Origin: Verrucomicrobia bacterium UBA6982
GTDB lineage: Bacteria; Verrucomicrobiota; Kiritimatiellia; RFP12; UBA3636
DNA: 64,000 nt
Assembly: GCA_002448475.1 (NCBI GenBank)
Contig: DJYI01000100.1
Location: forward strand, 5,154 to 69,153
Reading direction: 5' to 3'
The notes below the pieces were generated by a model. That model did not search any database. It worked only from the letters and a program-made list of their open reading frames with translations, and was not told the DNA's origin. The position numbers and the translations under genes were made by a program. The stretch's first letter is position 1, and every line of letters starts with the position of its first letter. Below are positions 51,796 through 61,573 of this stretch, piece after piece.

Positions 51796-53526
51796 TCAGG
51801 CCGACTTCGGAGCGGCGGAGCGAACCGCTTCGCGCACCTTTTCCTCGCCGGCGCGGAAGGCGTCGGAGTTCCACTCCGTGCCGTTCCAGTCGCGCATAGT
51901 CTGTGTGAGGCGGTGGAAGAACCCGCGCGCCTCGTCGCGCGAGCCGAACTGCATCGGCGCGTCAAGAACGTCGCACAGGACGCCGAAGACGTGGCGCTGG
52001 CGCTCGTCGGACGTGGCGGCGTCCACGGCGTCGAAGGAGTTCTGCTGCAGGTAGGCCGTGTCGATCAGCTCGCTCTTCAGGTAAACGACGAAGTCGTCGA
52101 TGCTGGTGCCTTCCTCGCCGACGACCTTCATCATCTGCCCCACGTCGCTGCCGCGGCGCAGGACGCCGCGCGCCTTTTCAACCAGCGCCGGATCGCAGAC
52201 TCCCGGATATTTGCTCCAGGAGTCCAGAGGGTCGATCGCCGGGTAGCGGCGGGCGTCGGAGCGTGCGCGAGAAAGACCGTGGAATGCGCCGACGACCTTG
52301 ATCGTGGCCTGCGTGACGGGCTCGTCGAAGTTGCCGCCGGCGGGCGACACCGCTCCGCCGATCGTAACGGACCCGGTGGTGCCGTCGTTCAGCCGCACGC
52401 GGCCGGCGCGTTCGTAGAACGACGCCACGACGGACTCAAGGTAAGCCGGGAAGGCCTCTTCGCCCGGAATCTCCTCCAGGCGACCGCTCTGTTCGCGCAG
52501 GGCCTGCGCCCAGCGCGACGTCGAGTCGGCGAGCATCAGGACGTCGAGGCCCATCTGGCGGTAGTAGGCGGCGAGAGTGGCGGCGGTGTAAACCGACGCC
52601 TCGCGCGCGGCCACGGGCATGGAGGACGTGTTGCAGATGATGATCGTGCGGTCCATGAGCGTCTTGCCCGTGCGCGGATCGGGCAGCTCCGGAAACTCGC
52701 GGAGCATCTCGACCACTTCGCCGGCGCGTTCGCCGCAGGCCGCGTAGATCACCACATCGACCTGCGCGAACCTGGAGGTCGTCTGCTGAAGAACAGTCTT
52801 GCCGGCGCCGAACGGGCCGGGGATGCAATACGTGCCGCCGAGCGCCACCGGGAAGAACGTGTCGATGGTCCGAATCTGCGTGACCATCGTCTTTTCCGGG
52901 CGAAGACGTTCGGCGAAGCAGGAGATCGGCACCTTCACCGGCCAGCGCTGCATCATCTGGGCCTTGGCGGTGCGGCCCGATTCATCCTCCAGCTCGGCGA
53001 TGTCGTCGGTCACGGTGTATTGCCCGGCCGGGGCGACGGACTTCACCGTCCAGCGCCCCCTGAAGCCGAACGGGACCATGATCCGGTGCGTGAAGACGCC
53101 TTCCGGCACGGTGCCGAGCGAGTCGCCCGCGCGAACGACATCGCCTGGCTTCGCAACTGGCGTGAAGTCCCACTTCGTATCCCGAGGGAGAGCCGGGAGG
53201 GACGTGCCGCGCTTGAGGAAGAAGCCGTATTCCTCGGCGAGTCCGGGAAGCGGATTCTGAAGTCCGTCGAAGATTTGCCTCAGCAGACCGGGGCCAAGTT
53301 CGATTGACAGGAGCTGCCCCGTGAATTCCACCTTGTCGCCGGCGGAGAGCCCCGACGTGTCCTCGAACACCTGCATGTCCGCGACCGTGCCGCGGATGCG
53401 CACGATTTCGCACATCAGGCGCGTCTGCCCAAGTAGAGCGTAGCCGATTTCGTTTAGCGCGACAGCGCCGTCAAAGGCCACGGAAATCAGGTTTCCGTTT
53501 ACTCCGGTTATTGTTCCTGTAGTCAT
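51796..53526 (-). CDS. atpA: V-type ATP synthase catalytic subunit A
   Basis: 576 aa. The N-terminus ITGVNGNLISV...IVRIRG, the inserted non-homologous region and the GPFGAGKTV P-loop fit subunit A. It is flanked upstream by DUF2764 and subunit E genes. Confidence 0.9.
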   Translation of the reverse strand: MTTGTITGVNGNLISVAFDGAVALNEIGYALLGQTRLMCEIVRIRGTVADMQVFEDTSGLSAGDKVEFTGQLLSIELGPGLLRQIFDGLQNPLPGLAEEYGFFLKRGTSLPALPRDTKWDFTPVAKPGDVVRAGDSLGTVPEGVFTHRIMVPFGFRGRWTVKSVAPAGQYTVTDDIAELEDESGRTAKAQMMQRWPVKVPISCFAERLRPEKTMVTQIRTIDTFFPVALGGTYCIPGPFGAGKTVLQQTTSRFAQVDVVIYAACGERAGEVVEMLREFPELPDPRTGKTLMDRTIIICNTSSMPVAAREASVYTAATLAAYYRQMGLDVLMLADSTSRWAQALREQSGRLEEIPGEEAFPAYLESVVASFYERAGRVRLNDGTTGSVTIGGAVSPAGGNFDEPVTQATIKVVGAFHGLSRARSDARRYPAIDPLDSWSKYPGVCDPALVEKARGVLRRGSDVGQMMKVVGEEGTSIDDFVVYLKSELIDTAYLQQNSFDAVDAATSDERQRHVFGVLCDVLDAPMQFGSRDEARGFFHRLTQTMRDWNGTEWNSDAFRAGEEKVREAVRSAAPKSA

Positions 53527-54077
53527 GTCGTTTGCCCGGATGTCTGTTGCCCGGTTTTTGTTTCCGCAAGCGCGCGGAGGCGCGCCAGACCGGCTTCGGG
53601 ATCGGATTTGGAAAGTTCAGCGAGAATGCCGAGACGCGCGGCGTAGGCGAATAGCGCCTCCGGCGAGAACGGCGAAAGGCCGGCGAGTTCGCCCGCCAGG
53701 TCCCAGCGCAGGCGCTGAAGCGCCTGATGGCGCTCCATGGGGCCGGGCTGCGCGAAGGCGGCGGCCACGCCTTCCTCTATCGACACGCGCCACGGACCAG
53801 TGTGCGGGCGCTTCCATCTGGCGGCCTCGTCCGCCTGCATGCCCAGACGGGCGGCGCGCGCGCCGGCTACCGCGTTGCGAAGCTGAGTCTCCGCCTGACG
53901 CCAGGCGACGGCGTATGGATCGTGGTCTTCCGCGCCTGAAAGAAGCGCGCGCATTGTCGCGATCACGGAGGAGGGAACCTTGCCTTCCGCCGCGTCAAGT
54001 AGTGCCGCTTCGCTGATCGGCGGCTTGTCGCCGAACGAAAGCGCCGGCAGCGAGGCGATAAGGTATTCGCAGGACAT
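53523..54077 (-). CDS. DUF2764 protein (V-ATPase-operon-associated, subunit C-like position)
   Basis: YLIASLPALSFGDKPPIS N-terminus. It sits between the E and A subunit genes, as in chlamydial and Bacteroidota V-ATPase operons. Confidence 0.65.
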   Translation of the reverse strand: MSCEYLIASLPALSFGDKPPISEAALLDAAEGKVPSSVIATMRALLSGAEDHDPYAVAWRQAETQLRNAVAGARAARLGMQADEAARWKRPHTGPWRVSIEEGVAAAFAQPGPMERHQALQRLRWDLAGELAGLSPFSPEALFAYAARLGILAELSKSDPEAGLARLRALAETKTGQQTSGQTT

Positions 54078-54116
54078 CGCGGTTTGAGCTGGAGTCGGGT
54101 GGGGGGACGCGTCCGG

Positions 54117-54710
54117 CTATTTGCCGAAGGCGAGTTTGGCCAGGGAGGGGCGAACGACGCGCGCGAGCGCCTCGGTGACGGCCTCCGCCGTGAAATCGTG
54201 CTCCACCCGCCCGTCCTGAACCATCACGCGGATGCCGGACGTGACGTCCGAGTCGGGTGCGACGCGGACGCCGGCGGCGGCTTCGGAGGCCAGGCGCGAG
54301 CGCAGATATGCGGCGAGCGCCTCGGCGTCCTCCTCCGGAACGCGGAACTCGGCGCCTTCGGAGAACGCCCTGGCCACGCCTTCGGCGTAGCGTCCGAGGA
54401 AATTCGGATCGCGCAGAGTGGCGCGAACGTCGCCGAGAAGGATTCGCTCCAGCGTCTGCTGCACGAACTGGGAGACCTGAAGCTTGACGTCGCGCCCGGC
54501 CTGGGCGAGCGACTGCTCCGCGCGCTGCTTGAGCGTCTCGGCGTCCGCTTCGGCGGCGGCGCGCAGAGCGGCGGCCTTCTTTTCCGCGTCGGCTACGATT
54601 CCGGCGGCCTTCCTTTCCGCGTCGGCGACGATTTCCGACGCGCGCGCGTTGGCCTTGTCCACGCCTTCGGCCTGGATTTTGTCGAGAAGTGACTGCAATT
54701 CTTCGGACAT
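54117..54710 (-). CDS. atpE: V-type ATP synthase subunit E
   Basis: Start at MSEELQSLLDKIQAEG. The long charged N-terminal helix and globular C-terminus are typical of subunit E. Confidence 0.75.
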   Translation of the reverse strand: MSEELQSLLDKIQAEGVDKANARASEIVADAERKAAGIVADAEKKAAALRAAAEADAETLKQRAEQSLAQAGRDVKLQVSQFVQQTLERILLGDVRATLRDPNFLGRYAEGVARAFSEGAEFRVPEEDAEALAAYLRSRLASEAAAGVRVAPDSDVTSGIRVMVQDGRVEHDFTAEAVTEALARVVRPSLAKLAFGK

Positions 54711-54789
54711 GGGAAAAAAGCCCTCTAAAACCAGTGCGCCGTGCGCACCGCGTAACGGGGGCGGATTATGCACGTTCGCCGTGCGAAAA

Positions 54790-55776
54790 TCAACCCGTGG
54801 GCGAGCGCGGCGTCACGTGGTATCCGGCGGCGGCGGCGAGAGCGCGGTCGTCGTCGAAGTCGGCGCCCGGCGTGGTGAGGAGCGGACCCGCGATGCCGGC
54901 GTCCATGCCCGCGCGGATGCAGGCGGCGGCGGTTTCGTCGGACATGTCGCGCCGTCCGCCGGCGAAGCGCAGCGGCGTGGCGGGGTTCGCGAGGCGCAGG
55001 ATGGCTACGGCGTCAATGGCCCGCTCCGGATCGGGCACTCCGCTTTTTCCGAGAGGCGTTCCCTCGATGGGGTGGAGGAAATTCACCGGGATCGAGTCGG
55101 GGGCTATTTCGCGGAGGGTCAGCGCGAATTCGACAAGCTGCTCGTCGGTTTCGCCCATCCCCACGATTCCACCGCAGCAGATTTGCATTCCGAGTCGGCG
55201 CGCGGCGCGGAGCGTTTCGATTTTCTGCTCCTGCGTGTGCGTGGAGCACAGCGACGGAAACAGCGAGGGCGCGGTCTCGATGTTGCAGTGCAGGCGGGCG
55301 AGGCCGGCGTCCCTGAGGCGCGAAAGATCCGCTTCCGAGACTAGGCCGAGGGATCCGCACAGTTCTATTTTAGCCGCCGCGCCCATGGCGCGGAGCGCCT
55401 CGCAGAGCGCGTCTATGTCGGCGGGCGTCTGGGCGCGGCCGCTTGTCACGATGCCGATGCGGTCCGCTCCGTTCGCCTCGGCCTCCTTCGCCGCGCGCGC
55501 GCACTCCTCGGCTCCTACGAACCCATGGGTGGCGCAGCCTGTCTTCCAGTGAGCGCTCTGGGCGCACCATTTGCAGTCTTCGGGGCAGCGGCCCGATCGA
55601 GCGTTCACGATGGAGCAGAAGTCGAAGTGCCTTGGAGCGAACGCTGCCGTCACGCGGTGCGCCGCCTCGCGCAGTTCCTCGCGCGGCGCGTGCTTCAGCA
55701 GCCACACCAGTTCCTCGGCCGTGGCCGGGGCGCCGCCGGCGATCAGCCGGTCGGCAATGTCGTGTGCGGAGATCAT
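54790..55776 (-). CDS. bioB: biotin synthase (radical SAM)
   Basis: CPEDCKWC radical-SAM triad, ICCGGIVGMGE and LRFAGGR align to the E. coli BioB motifs. The residue equivalent to E. coli C97 is not Cys (see findings). Confidence 0.85.
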   Translation of the reverse strand: MISAHDIADRLIAGGAPATAEELVWLLKHAPREELREAAHRVTAAFAPRHFDFCSIVNARSGRCPEDCKWCAQSAHWKTGCATHGFVGAEECARAAKEAEANGADRIGIVTSGRAQTPADIDALCEALRAMGAAAKIELCGSLGLVSEADLSRLRDAGLARLHCNIETAPSLFPSLCSTHTQEQKIETLRAARRLGMQICCGGIVGMGETDEQLVEFALTLREIAPDSIPVNFLHPIEGTPLGKSGVPDPERAIDAVAILRLANPATPLRFAGGRRDMSDETAAACIRAGMDAGIAGPLLTTPGADFDDDRALAAAAGYHVTPRSPTG

Positions 55777-56615
55777 TGTTGCTTTTGCCTTTCGCCTGTC
55801 GCCTGCAACGCCGCCGCCTCGTTGAGGCTTCCCATGCGGTATCCTCGTGGATCGACTTCGACGCGCGTGAAACCGAGAGGAACGAGCCGATCCTCGATGT
55901 CGGCGCGACTGGCCGCGACCCGCGGAACGTCCGGAGCGGACACTTCGACGCGGGCGACTCCACCATGGACGCGGACGCGCAGCTGAGCCAGATTCGGGAA
56001 CATTTCGGATACAAGCCTCTCCGCGCGGTCAACTCGCGCGAGAACAGCTTCGTCGATGCGGTCGCCGTAGGGGACGCGGGACGCCAGGCACGCGGCCGAT
56101 GGCTTGGACGCCGTTGGCAGCCCGAGCTCTAGCGACAGCGCCCTGATCTCGGCCTTCGAGAGGCCGGATTCGCGAAGCGGGCTGCGAACGCCCAGCTCCC
56201 GTATGGCGCGCGCGCCGGGGCGGTAGTCGCGGTCGTCGTCCGTGTTGGAGCCTTCAATCGTGGCCGCGAGTCCCCGCTTCCGCGCGAATTCGAGAATCTT
56301 CGAGAAAAGGGCTTTCTTGCAGTGATAGCATCGGTCCGGCGGGTTTTCGGCAAAGTGCGGAATGCCGGCGATTTCGGCGTCGAGCAGGACGTGCTCCGCT
56401 CCGAGCCGGCGGCAGAACGCGACAGCCTCCTCGATTTCCCGCGCGGAGACAAACGGCGCGCGCACCGTAAGCGCGACGCATTGCCCCCCAAGCTCTTCAT
56501 GCGCGACGCGAAGGAGGAATGTCGAGTCCACGCCGGCCGAAAACGCGACGGCGGCCGAACCTAGTTCGCGAATCGACGCGCGCAGCAAGCTGAGTTTGTT
56601 CGCAGGGGAGTTCAT
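55773..56615 (-). CDS. PP-loop ATP pyrophosphatase, LarE-like (TIGR00268 family)
   Basis: AVAFSAGVDSTFLL PP-loop. The rest of the protein is LarE-like, ending YRMGSLNE. A 4-bp overlap links it to bioB. Confidence 0.75.
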   Translation of the reverse strand: MNSPANKLSLLRASIRELGSAAVAFSAGVDSTFLLRVAHEELGGQCVALTVRAPFVSAREIEEAVAFCRRLGAEHVLLDAEIAGIPHFAENPPDRCYHCKKALFSKILEFARKRGLAATIEGSNTDDDRDYRPGARAIRELGVRSPLRESGLSKAEIRALSLELGLPTASKPSAACLASRVPYGDRIDEAVLARVDRAERLVSEMFPNLAQLRVRVHGGVARVEVSAPDVPRVAASRADIEDRLVPLGFTRVEVDPRGYRMGSLNEAAALQATGERQKQQ

Positions 56616-56759
56616 TTGGCGGGGGATACTACCAAAATCCGCGCGAACGCGCAAAACGGTGGTGTCGGCCGTTGCGCGTGACGGGGGTTTGCGCTAGGAT
56701 TGGCGCGGCCTTCGGCGTCGGAGGCTGAAACAACGTTCAAACACGGGGAAAAAATTTCC

Positions 56760-57434
56760 ATGTCAGTTCACGTCAGCAAGTCTTTGGTTCTTTCCGCGTT
56801 CGCAGCGGCGGCTCTGGTCGCGCAGCCGGCTCTGGCCGGCGGCATCGGCTTCTGGGGCGGTCAGATGGACACCGACACATTCGGTAAGGGCGTGGTCGGC
56901 GGCGGCCAGCTTGAACTCGACGCCGCCCCGTGGGTTTCCCTTCTGGTGCGCGGAGGCTACGCAAGCGGATTCGACGACATTTCCCTCTCCGAGGCCGGTT
57001 TTGTCCCCGGAGTCAACGCCCGTCGCGTTTTTGACACTGTAGGCGTCAATCTGTCGCGCGCGCAGATCGAGGACTTCGCAGTGGCTCCCGTCGAGGGCGG
57101 TGTCCTGCTGCGCCTTCCCGCCATCTTCGACGTTATTGGCATCTACGGCGGCGCTGGCGCAGGATGGTATTTCCTTCCGGGGTTCGACATCAAGTCGGGC
57201 GATCGCAAGGTGTCCGTGGACTCCGTGACGGACATGGTTGGCTTCTGGGCGCTGGGCGGCGTCGATGTCGGCATTTCGTTCTTCCACCTTTTCGCCGAGG
57301 CGAAATACGTCTCGGCCAAGAAGGACGGGGAGACTTTCGACCTTGACTGGGTTCGCGGCGATTCCGGCGCCGTCCGCGCGGACATCGATCTCTCGGGGCT
57401 TACCGTGCTTGGCGGCGTCCGCTTCGAATGGTAG
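56760..57434 (+). CDS. small outer-membrane beta-barrel protein
   Basis: Signal peptide MSVHVSKSLVLSAFAAAALVAQPALA, alternating strands, and a C-terminal GGVRFEW. Confidence 0.6.
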   Translation: MSVHVSKSLVLSAFAAAALVAQPALAGGIGFWGGQMDTDTFGKGVVGGGQLELDAAPWVSLLVRGGYASGFDDISLSEAGFVPGVNARRVFDTVGVNLSRAQIEDFAVAPVEGGVLLRLPAIFDVIGIYGGAGAGWYFLPGFDIKSGDRKVSVDSVTDMVGFWALGGVDVGISFFHLFAEAKYVSAKKDGETFDLDWVRGDSGAVRADIDLSGLTVLGGVRFEW

Positions 57435-58063
57435 AGACCGAGTCGCCGCGCGCGGCCAAGGCCGCCCTTCGCCGCGAGGCCCGCGCGCTGCGCGCCCTGC
57501 ACCTGCGCGACGAGCCGCAGTCGTTCCTTGACGCGCTTCTGAACGTTCCGGCCTGGCGCGCCGCGCGCACGGTGGCCCTCTATCTTCCGCAGCCGGGTTC
57601 GGCCGAGCCGCCGGTGGCGGAACTTGTCGCCGACTGCTGGAATTCAGGCCGCCGCGTCTGCGTTCCGGCGTGGGTTGCGCCATCGGACACCGGAGGCGAA
57701 TGCGCCTTTCCGGAACCCGGCCGCTACTCGCTGGCCCTTTATTCTCCGGGCACGGAACTTGTCGCCGGGCCCATGGGGATTCCGCAGCCGGCGGATCCGA
57801 CGTGGGTTCCCGCTGACGAGCCGGACCTGTTCGTCGTGCCGGGTCTTCTTTTCGACGCGTCGGGCCGACGTCTTGGCCATGGCGCGGGGCATATCGACCG
57901 CATCCTCGCGGGGCGGCGTTCCGGCGCGGTGGTCCTCGGTCTGGCATATCCCTGGCAGATTGCGTCAGCCCCGCTGCCGGACGACCCCTGGGACGTGTCG
58001 ATGGACGCCGTTGTCCTCCCGGTTGACGGCTCCGCCGCAGCGCGTGGAGAGGGCGATTCGTAG
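57428..58063 (+). CDS. 5-formyltetrahydrofolate cyclo-ligase
   Basis: AKAALRREAR N-terminal helix and VVPGLLFDASGRRLGHGAGHIDR, which corresponds to the G-x-G-x-G-YYDR region. Confidence 0.7.
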   Translation: MVETESPRAAKAALRREARALRALHLRDEPQSFLDALLNVPAWRAARTVALYLPQPGSAEPPVAELVADCWNSGRRVCVPAWVAPSDTGGECAFPEPGRYSLALYSPGTELVAGPMGIPQPADPTWVPADEPDLFVVPGLLFDASGRRLGHGAGHIDRILAGRRSGAVVLGLAYPWQIASAPLPDDPWDVSMDAVVLPVDGSAAARGEGDS

Positions 58064-58124
58064 GATTTTTCCGGCGGGCGGGGGGGGCAGCCCTCCGTGC
58101 CAGCCGGCGCGCCGGGTTCCGGCG

Positions 58125-58919
58125 TCAGCGGGCGAATGTCGGAAAAAGCGCTTCGTCGGATTCGACCCCGCGCTCGGCGCCATACCACACCTGCCACAGC
58201 ACAAGACCGCGCGCCGGCGCGCTTTCGACGCGCGCGGTGCGTATCTTCGACTCCAGAACCTCGGTAACGGCCTCCGGCTTTTCCTTTCCTGTGCCGACGG
58301 CGATCAGGAATCCGGCGATGGAGCGGACCATTTTGTAGAGAAATCCGTTTCCGGCCACGCGGATCGAAATCTCCGGGGCGCGGCCTTCCACCTCTACCCA
58401 GAAAACGCGCCGAACCGTGCTTTCGACGGGACGCTGCGGGTTGGCGCAGAACGCGGCGAAGTCCTTTTCGCCGACAAATCGCGCGGCGGCGGCGCGCATG
58501 GCGTCAGTGTCGATTGCCCTGGACACGTGCGCGCTGTAGCGCCTCCGGAGCGGATTTTCCGTTTCGGCGTTCCAGACGAAATACCGGTATTCCTTGGCGT
58601 GGGCGCTGCGACGCGCGTCGAAGTCCGGATCGGCGGGCCGCGCCCGGATCACCCGAACGTCAGGCGGCAGTCGGTCGTTGAGCGCCCTTCGCAGCGAATT
58701 TGGCGCGATTTCGCGCTCGAGATCGAAATGGGCGACCTGCGCTCTGGCGTGGACTCCGGCGTCCGTGCGTCCGCTGCCGTTCACGACCACCGGCGCGCCA
58801 CCCGGGGAGAGTGGCAGAAGCGCTGTTTCAAGCTCCTCCTGGACGGTGCGCATTCCGGCCTGGCGCTGCCAGCCGGAAAAGTCGGTGCCGTCGTATGAGA
58901 CTTCGATTCTGTAGCGCAT
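58125..58919 (-). CDS. truA: tRNA pseudouridine(38-40) synthase
   Basis: Start at MRYRIEVSYDGTDFSGWQRQ, with GRTDAGVHA containing the catalytic Asp. Confidence 0.9.
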   Translation of the reverse strand: MRYRIEVSYDGTDFSGWQRQAGMRTVQEELETALLPLSPGGAPVVVNGSGRTDAGVHARAQVAHFDLEREIAPNSLRRALNDRLPPDVRVIRARPADPDFDARRSAHAKEYRYFVWNAETENPLRRRYSAHVSRAIDTDAMRAAAARFVGEKDFAAFCANPQRPVESTVRRVFWVEVEGRAPEISIRVAGNGFLYKMVRSIAGFLIAVGTGKEKPEAVTEVLESKIRTARVESAPARGLVLWQVWYGAERGVESDEALFPTFAR

Positions 58920-58963
58920 GTGCGTGGAAAAGGCGGATGAGATTTGAGATGGCCGACCGCGCG

Positions 58964-60004
58964 CTACGACCCCGGGATTGAGCGGAAGGCGAAGCGCAGG
59001 GCGTGGCAGAGCGCCGCGTAGATCGGAAAGACGACGAGCGGAGTGCCCGGGGCGGCGAGTCCGAAGATCAGAAACGACGTCTGCATCCAAAGCAGCCCGC
59101 CGATCGCTCGGCCGACCGCGCGGCCGCGCTCGGCCGGGCCGTGCGGCTTTCCAAGCGGGCGCACGGCGCGCGTCCAGGCAAGCGAGGCGCAGAGGGCGAG
59201 GACAACCGGTCCGACCAGCGGCGCGTAGTTTTTGAAGTTCGTCCCCGGGACCCGGGCCACGGCGAACTGGATGACAAGCGCGATGGGCAGGGCCATCGGA
59301 AAGAGCGGGAAAAGCGCGGGCAGGTAGCGGCGGCGGCGCAGCGGCGCGGCGGCGCTCTCCTCGCGCAGTCCCAGGCGCGTGACTGCCGAGGTGTAGGCCG
59401 TGGTTGCCACGCACAGGGAAAGGGCGAAGTGCGCCGAGAAGAGCAGACCGTCCTGCGCGTTGAAGTCTCGCTCCCCAGGCATGACGAGCGTGGAGACCGC
59501 GGCCAGCGCTCCGAGCGCAACGCCGAGCCCCCGGCAAAGTCCCATGAGCAGCACGCCCAGCCCCGGGAGCTTCTCCTTGGCGCGGTTGTAGGCGAGAATG
59601 CACGCCGCCAGTGTGGCAAAGGCGGCCCACCAGAAACCGGGCATCGCGCCGACGAGTCCCGCCGCGGCCGCCAGGGCGAAGCACGCGGCGCGGGCGGCTA
59701 CGACGTCGCGGCGGCGAAGCGCGCCGTCCGCGAGTGGGCGTGACTTGCCGGACGCCCGGTCCGCGATTTCATCCGCAAGGTCGTTGTCGGCAAGGCCGGC
59801 CATGTAGAGAAAAAGTTCCGCCGCTCCCGCGCAGAGCGAGGCCCTGACGAGCGGGAAGAAGACTGGGCCGGAAGCGGCGAACCCGCCGTGCGCCGCCGCC
59901 GAACCGGCGGCGATGGCGAATGTCGCGCCCCCGGCCATCGCGTCGCCGGCGGCGGTGGCGAGGTTGGGGGCGCGGAAGAGTCGAAGCCAGGGCCTAAAGT
60001 TCAT
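58964..60004 (-). CDS. UbiA-family prenyltransferase
   Basis: Polytopic. The Asp-rich motif [10 protein letters not shown] is present. Start at [11 protein letters not shown] (60004), overlapping the ribBA stop. Confidence 0.7.
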   Translation of the reverse strand: MNFRPWLRLFRAPNLATAAGDAMAGGATFAIAAGSAAAHGGFAASGPVFFPLVRASLCAGAAELFLYMAGLADNDLADEIADRASGKSRPLADGALRRRDVVAARAACFALAAAAGLVGAMPGFWWAAFATLAACILAYNRAKEKLPGLGVLLMGLCRGLGVALGALAAVSTLVMPGERDFNAQDGLLFSAHFALSLCVATTAYTSAVTRLGLREESAAAPLRRRRYLPALFPLFPMALPIALVIQFAVARVPGTNFKNYAPLVGPVVLALCASLAWTRAVRPLGKPHGPAERGRAVGRAIGGLLWMQTSFLIFGLAAPGTPLVVFPIYAALCHALRFAFRSIPGS

Positions 60005-61181
60005 GCCCCATCTTTGTGCGCTTGGTGTCGAGATACCGCGCGTCGAAGGGCGTCGGGCGAACGATGATCGGGACTCGTTCGGCGATTTCAAGGCCGTAGC
60101 CCTGAAGACCGGAGATCTTCTGCGGATTGTTCGTCATGAGGCGCATTCTTGTGATCCCGAGATCCTTGAGAATCTGGGCGCCAATGCCGTAGTCGCGAAG
60201 ATCGGGCGCGAAGCCGAGTTTTACGTTGGCCTCGACGGTGTCGAGCCCGCCTTCCTGGAGACGGTATGCGTGGAGCTTGTTCGCAAGGCCGATTCCGCGC
60301 CCCTCCTGACGCATGTAGAGGACTGCGCCTCGACCTTCCGCCGCGACCATTTCCATGGCGCGGTGCAGCTGGTCTCCGCAGTCGCAGCGCTCGGAGCCGA
60401 GAACGTCGCCGGTGAAGCACTCGGAGTGGACGCGCACTAGAGGCGGCGGATCGCCGGAAAGGTCGCCCATGAAGAGCGCGAGATGTTCGAGGCCGTCGGA
60501 CTTGGAGCGATACATCCGAAGCCGGAAGTGTCCGTGGCGGGTGGGCATGTCCACCTCCTCGACGCACTGCACGAGCGATTCGGTGCGTGTGCGCCAGGCG
60601 ATGAGATCGGCGATGGAGCCGAGCGGGAGTCCGTGTCGCCGGGCGAACTCCTCGATGTCCGGCAGCCGGGCCATGTTGCCGTCGCTCTTCATTATCTCGC
60701 AGCACAGGCCCACCGGTTCAAGTCCGGCAAGGCGGACGAGGTCCACGGTGGCCTCGGTGTGACCGGCGCGGCGGATGACGCCGCCTTCCCTTGCCTCCAG
60801 CGGGAACATGTGGCCTGGGCGCCGGAAGTCCTCCGGCCTGGCGCCCGGCTCGACGGTCTTGCGCGCCGTGAGGGCGCGCTCGGCTGCGGAAATGCCAGTG
60901 GTCGTCTCCTCGTGGTCGATCGACACGGTGAACGCCGTCTGAAGCTTCTCCGTGTTGTTCGCGACCATTTGCGGGAGTCCGAGCTTGGCCGTCCATTCCC
61001 GCGACATGGGCATGCAGATCAGTCCGCGGGCCTCCGAGGCCATGAAGTTGACGTTTTCGAGCGTGGCGAAGCGGGCGGCGCAGATCACGTCGCCCTCGTT
61101 TTCGCGGTCCTCGTCGTCAACGACGACGACGCATCGACCGGCGCGAAGGGCGTCCAGCAGTTCCGGAATCGGCGAGAACAT
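59994..61181 (-). CDS. ribBA: bifunctional 3,4-dihydroxy-2-butanone-4-phosphate synthase / GTP cyclohydrolase II
   Basis: [14 protein letters not shown] (RibB), and [21 protein letters not shown] and RGIGLANK (RibA). Confidence 0.9.
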   Translation of the reverse strand: MFSPIPELLDALRAGRCVVVVDDEDRENEGDVICAARFATLENVNFMASEARGLICMPMSREWTAKLGLPQMVANNTEKLQTAFTVSIDHEETTTGISAAERALTARKTVEPGARPEDFRRPGHMFPLEAREGGVIRRAGHTEATVDLVRLAGLEPVGLCCEIMKSDGNMARLPDIEEFARRHGLPLGSIADLIAWRTRTESLVQCVEEVDMPTRHGHFRLRMYRSKSDGLEHLALFMGDLSGDPPPLVRVHSECFTGDVLGSERCDCGDQLHRAMEMVAAEGRGAVLYMRQEGRGIGLANKLHAYRLQEGGLDTVEANVKLGFAPDLRDYGIGAQILKDLGITRMRLMTNNPQKISGLQGYGLEIAERVPIIVRPTPFDARYLDTKRTKMGHEL

Positions 61182-61185
61182 GGCC

Positions 61186-61473
61186 TTACTTGCAGCAGTC
61201 GCAGCCGATGCCGTGCTTCACGCGCTCGCGCTCTTCGGCGCGCTTGGCGTTGTTGAACCGGTCGAGTGTTCCGACGAGATATCCGGTAATGCGGCGGATG
61301 CGGTCGAACTTTTCAGACGCGAAGTGGTAGGAAAGATCGACTTCGTCGCCATCGACCTTGATGTCGATTGCGGAAGGCATCTCGCCGAACTTTTCGACGG
61401 CGCGCTTTTTGTAGGCTTCGATTTCCTCTGGCGGCAATTCGCCGCCGACGACGTTGATTTTGCAGGTGTCCAT
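61186..61473 (-). CDS. stand-alone glycyl-radical-domain-like protein resembling the NrdD C-terminus
   Basis: 95 aa. [33 protein letters not shown] parallels my recollection of the E. coli NrdD C-terminus (RVCGYLGSPDARPFNAGKQEEVKRRVKHLGNG). It ends GCDCCK and lies 4 nt upstream of ribBA. Confidence 0.55.
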   Translation of the reverse strand: MDTCKINVVGGELPPEEIEAYKKRAVEKFGEMPSAIDIKVDGDEVDLSYHFASEKFDRIRRITGYLVGTLDRFNNAKRAEERERVKHGIGCDCCK

Positions 61474-61488
61474 GGTTCGTTTCCTCGG

Positions 61489-61573
61489 GTTGAAAAGTTG
61501 AAAAGTTGAAAAGTTGAAAGGTTGAAAAGTTGAAAGGATGGGGGTGGGGTGGGGGTGGTGTGGGGGCGGAGGG
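61489..61573. repeat. six tandem GTTGAAAR octamers followed by a G-run tract with G-quadruplex potential
   Basis: Octamers at 61489-61536. GGGGGTGGGGTGGGGGTGGTGTGGGGGCGGAGGG at 61540-61573. Together they fill almost the whole lpxI-to-small-gene spacer. Confidence 0.85.

Noticed and set aside
51487-53307. 606-aa plus-strand ORF
   Set aside because: It is antisense to the V-ATPase A subunit gene and shows no motifs.
51796-53526. Could the F/V-type ATPase homologue be the T3SS ATPase (SctN) matching the translocon operon?
   Set aside because: At 576 aa it has the V-type A-subunit insertion. It is flanked by subunit E and DUF2764 genes and lies 26 kb from the translocon genes. SctN proteins are about 440 aa and lack that insertion.
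56763-57947. 394-aa minus-strand ORF
   Set aside because: It is antisense to the OMP and 5-FTHF cyclo-ligase genes and is Arg/Pro-rich.
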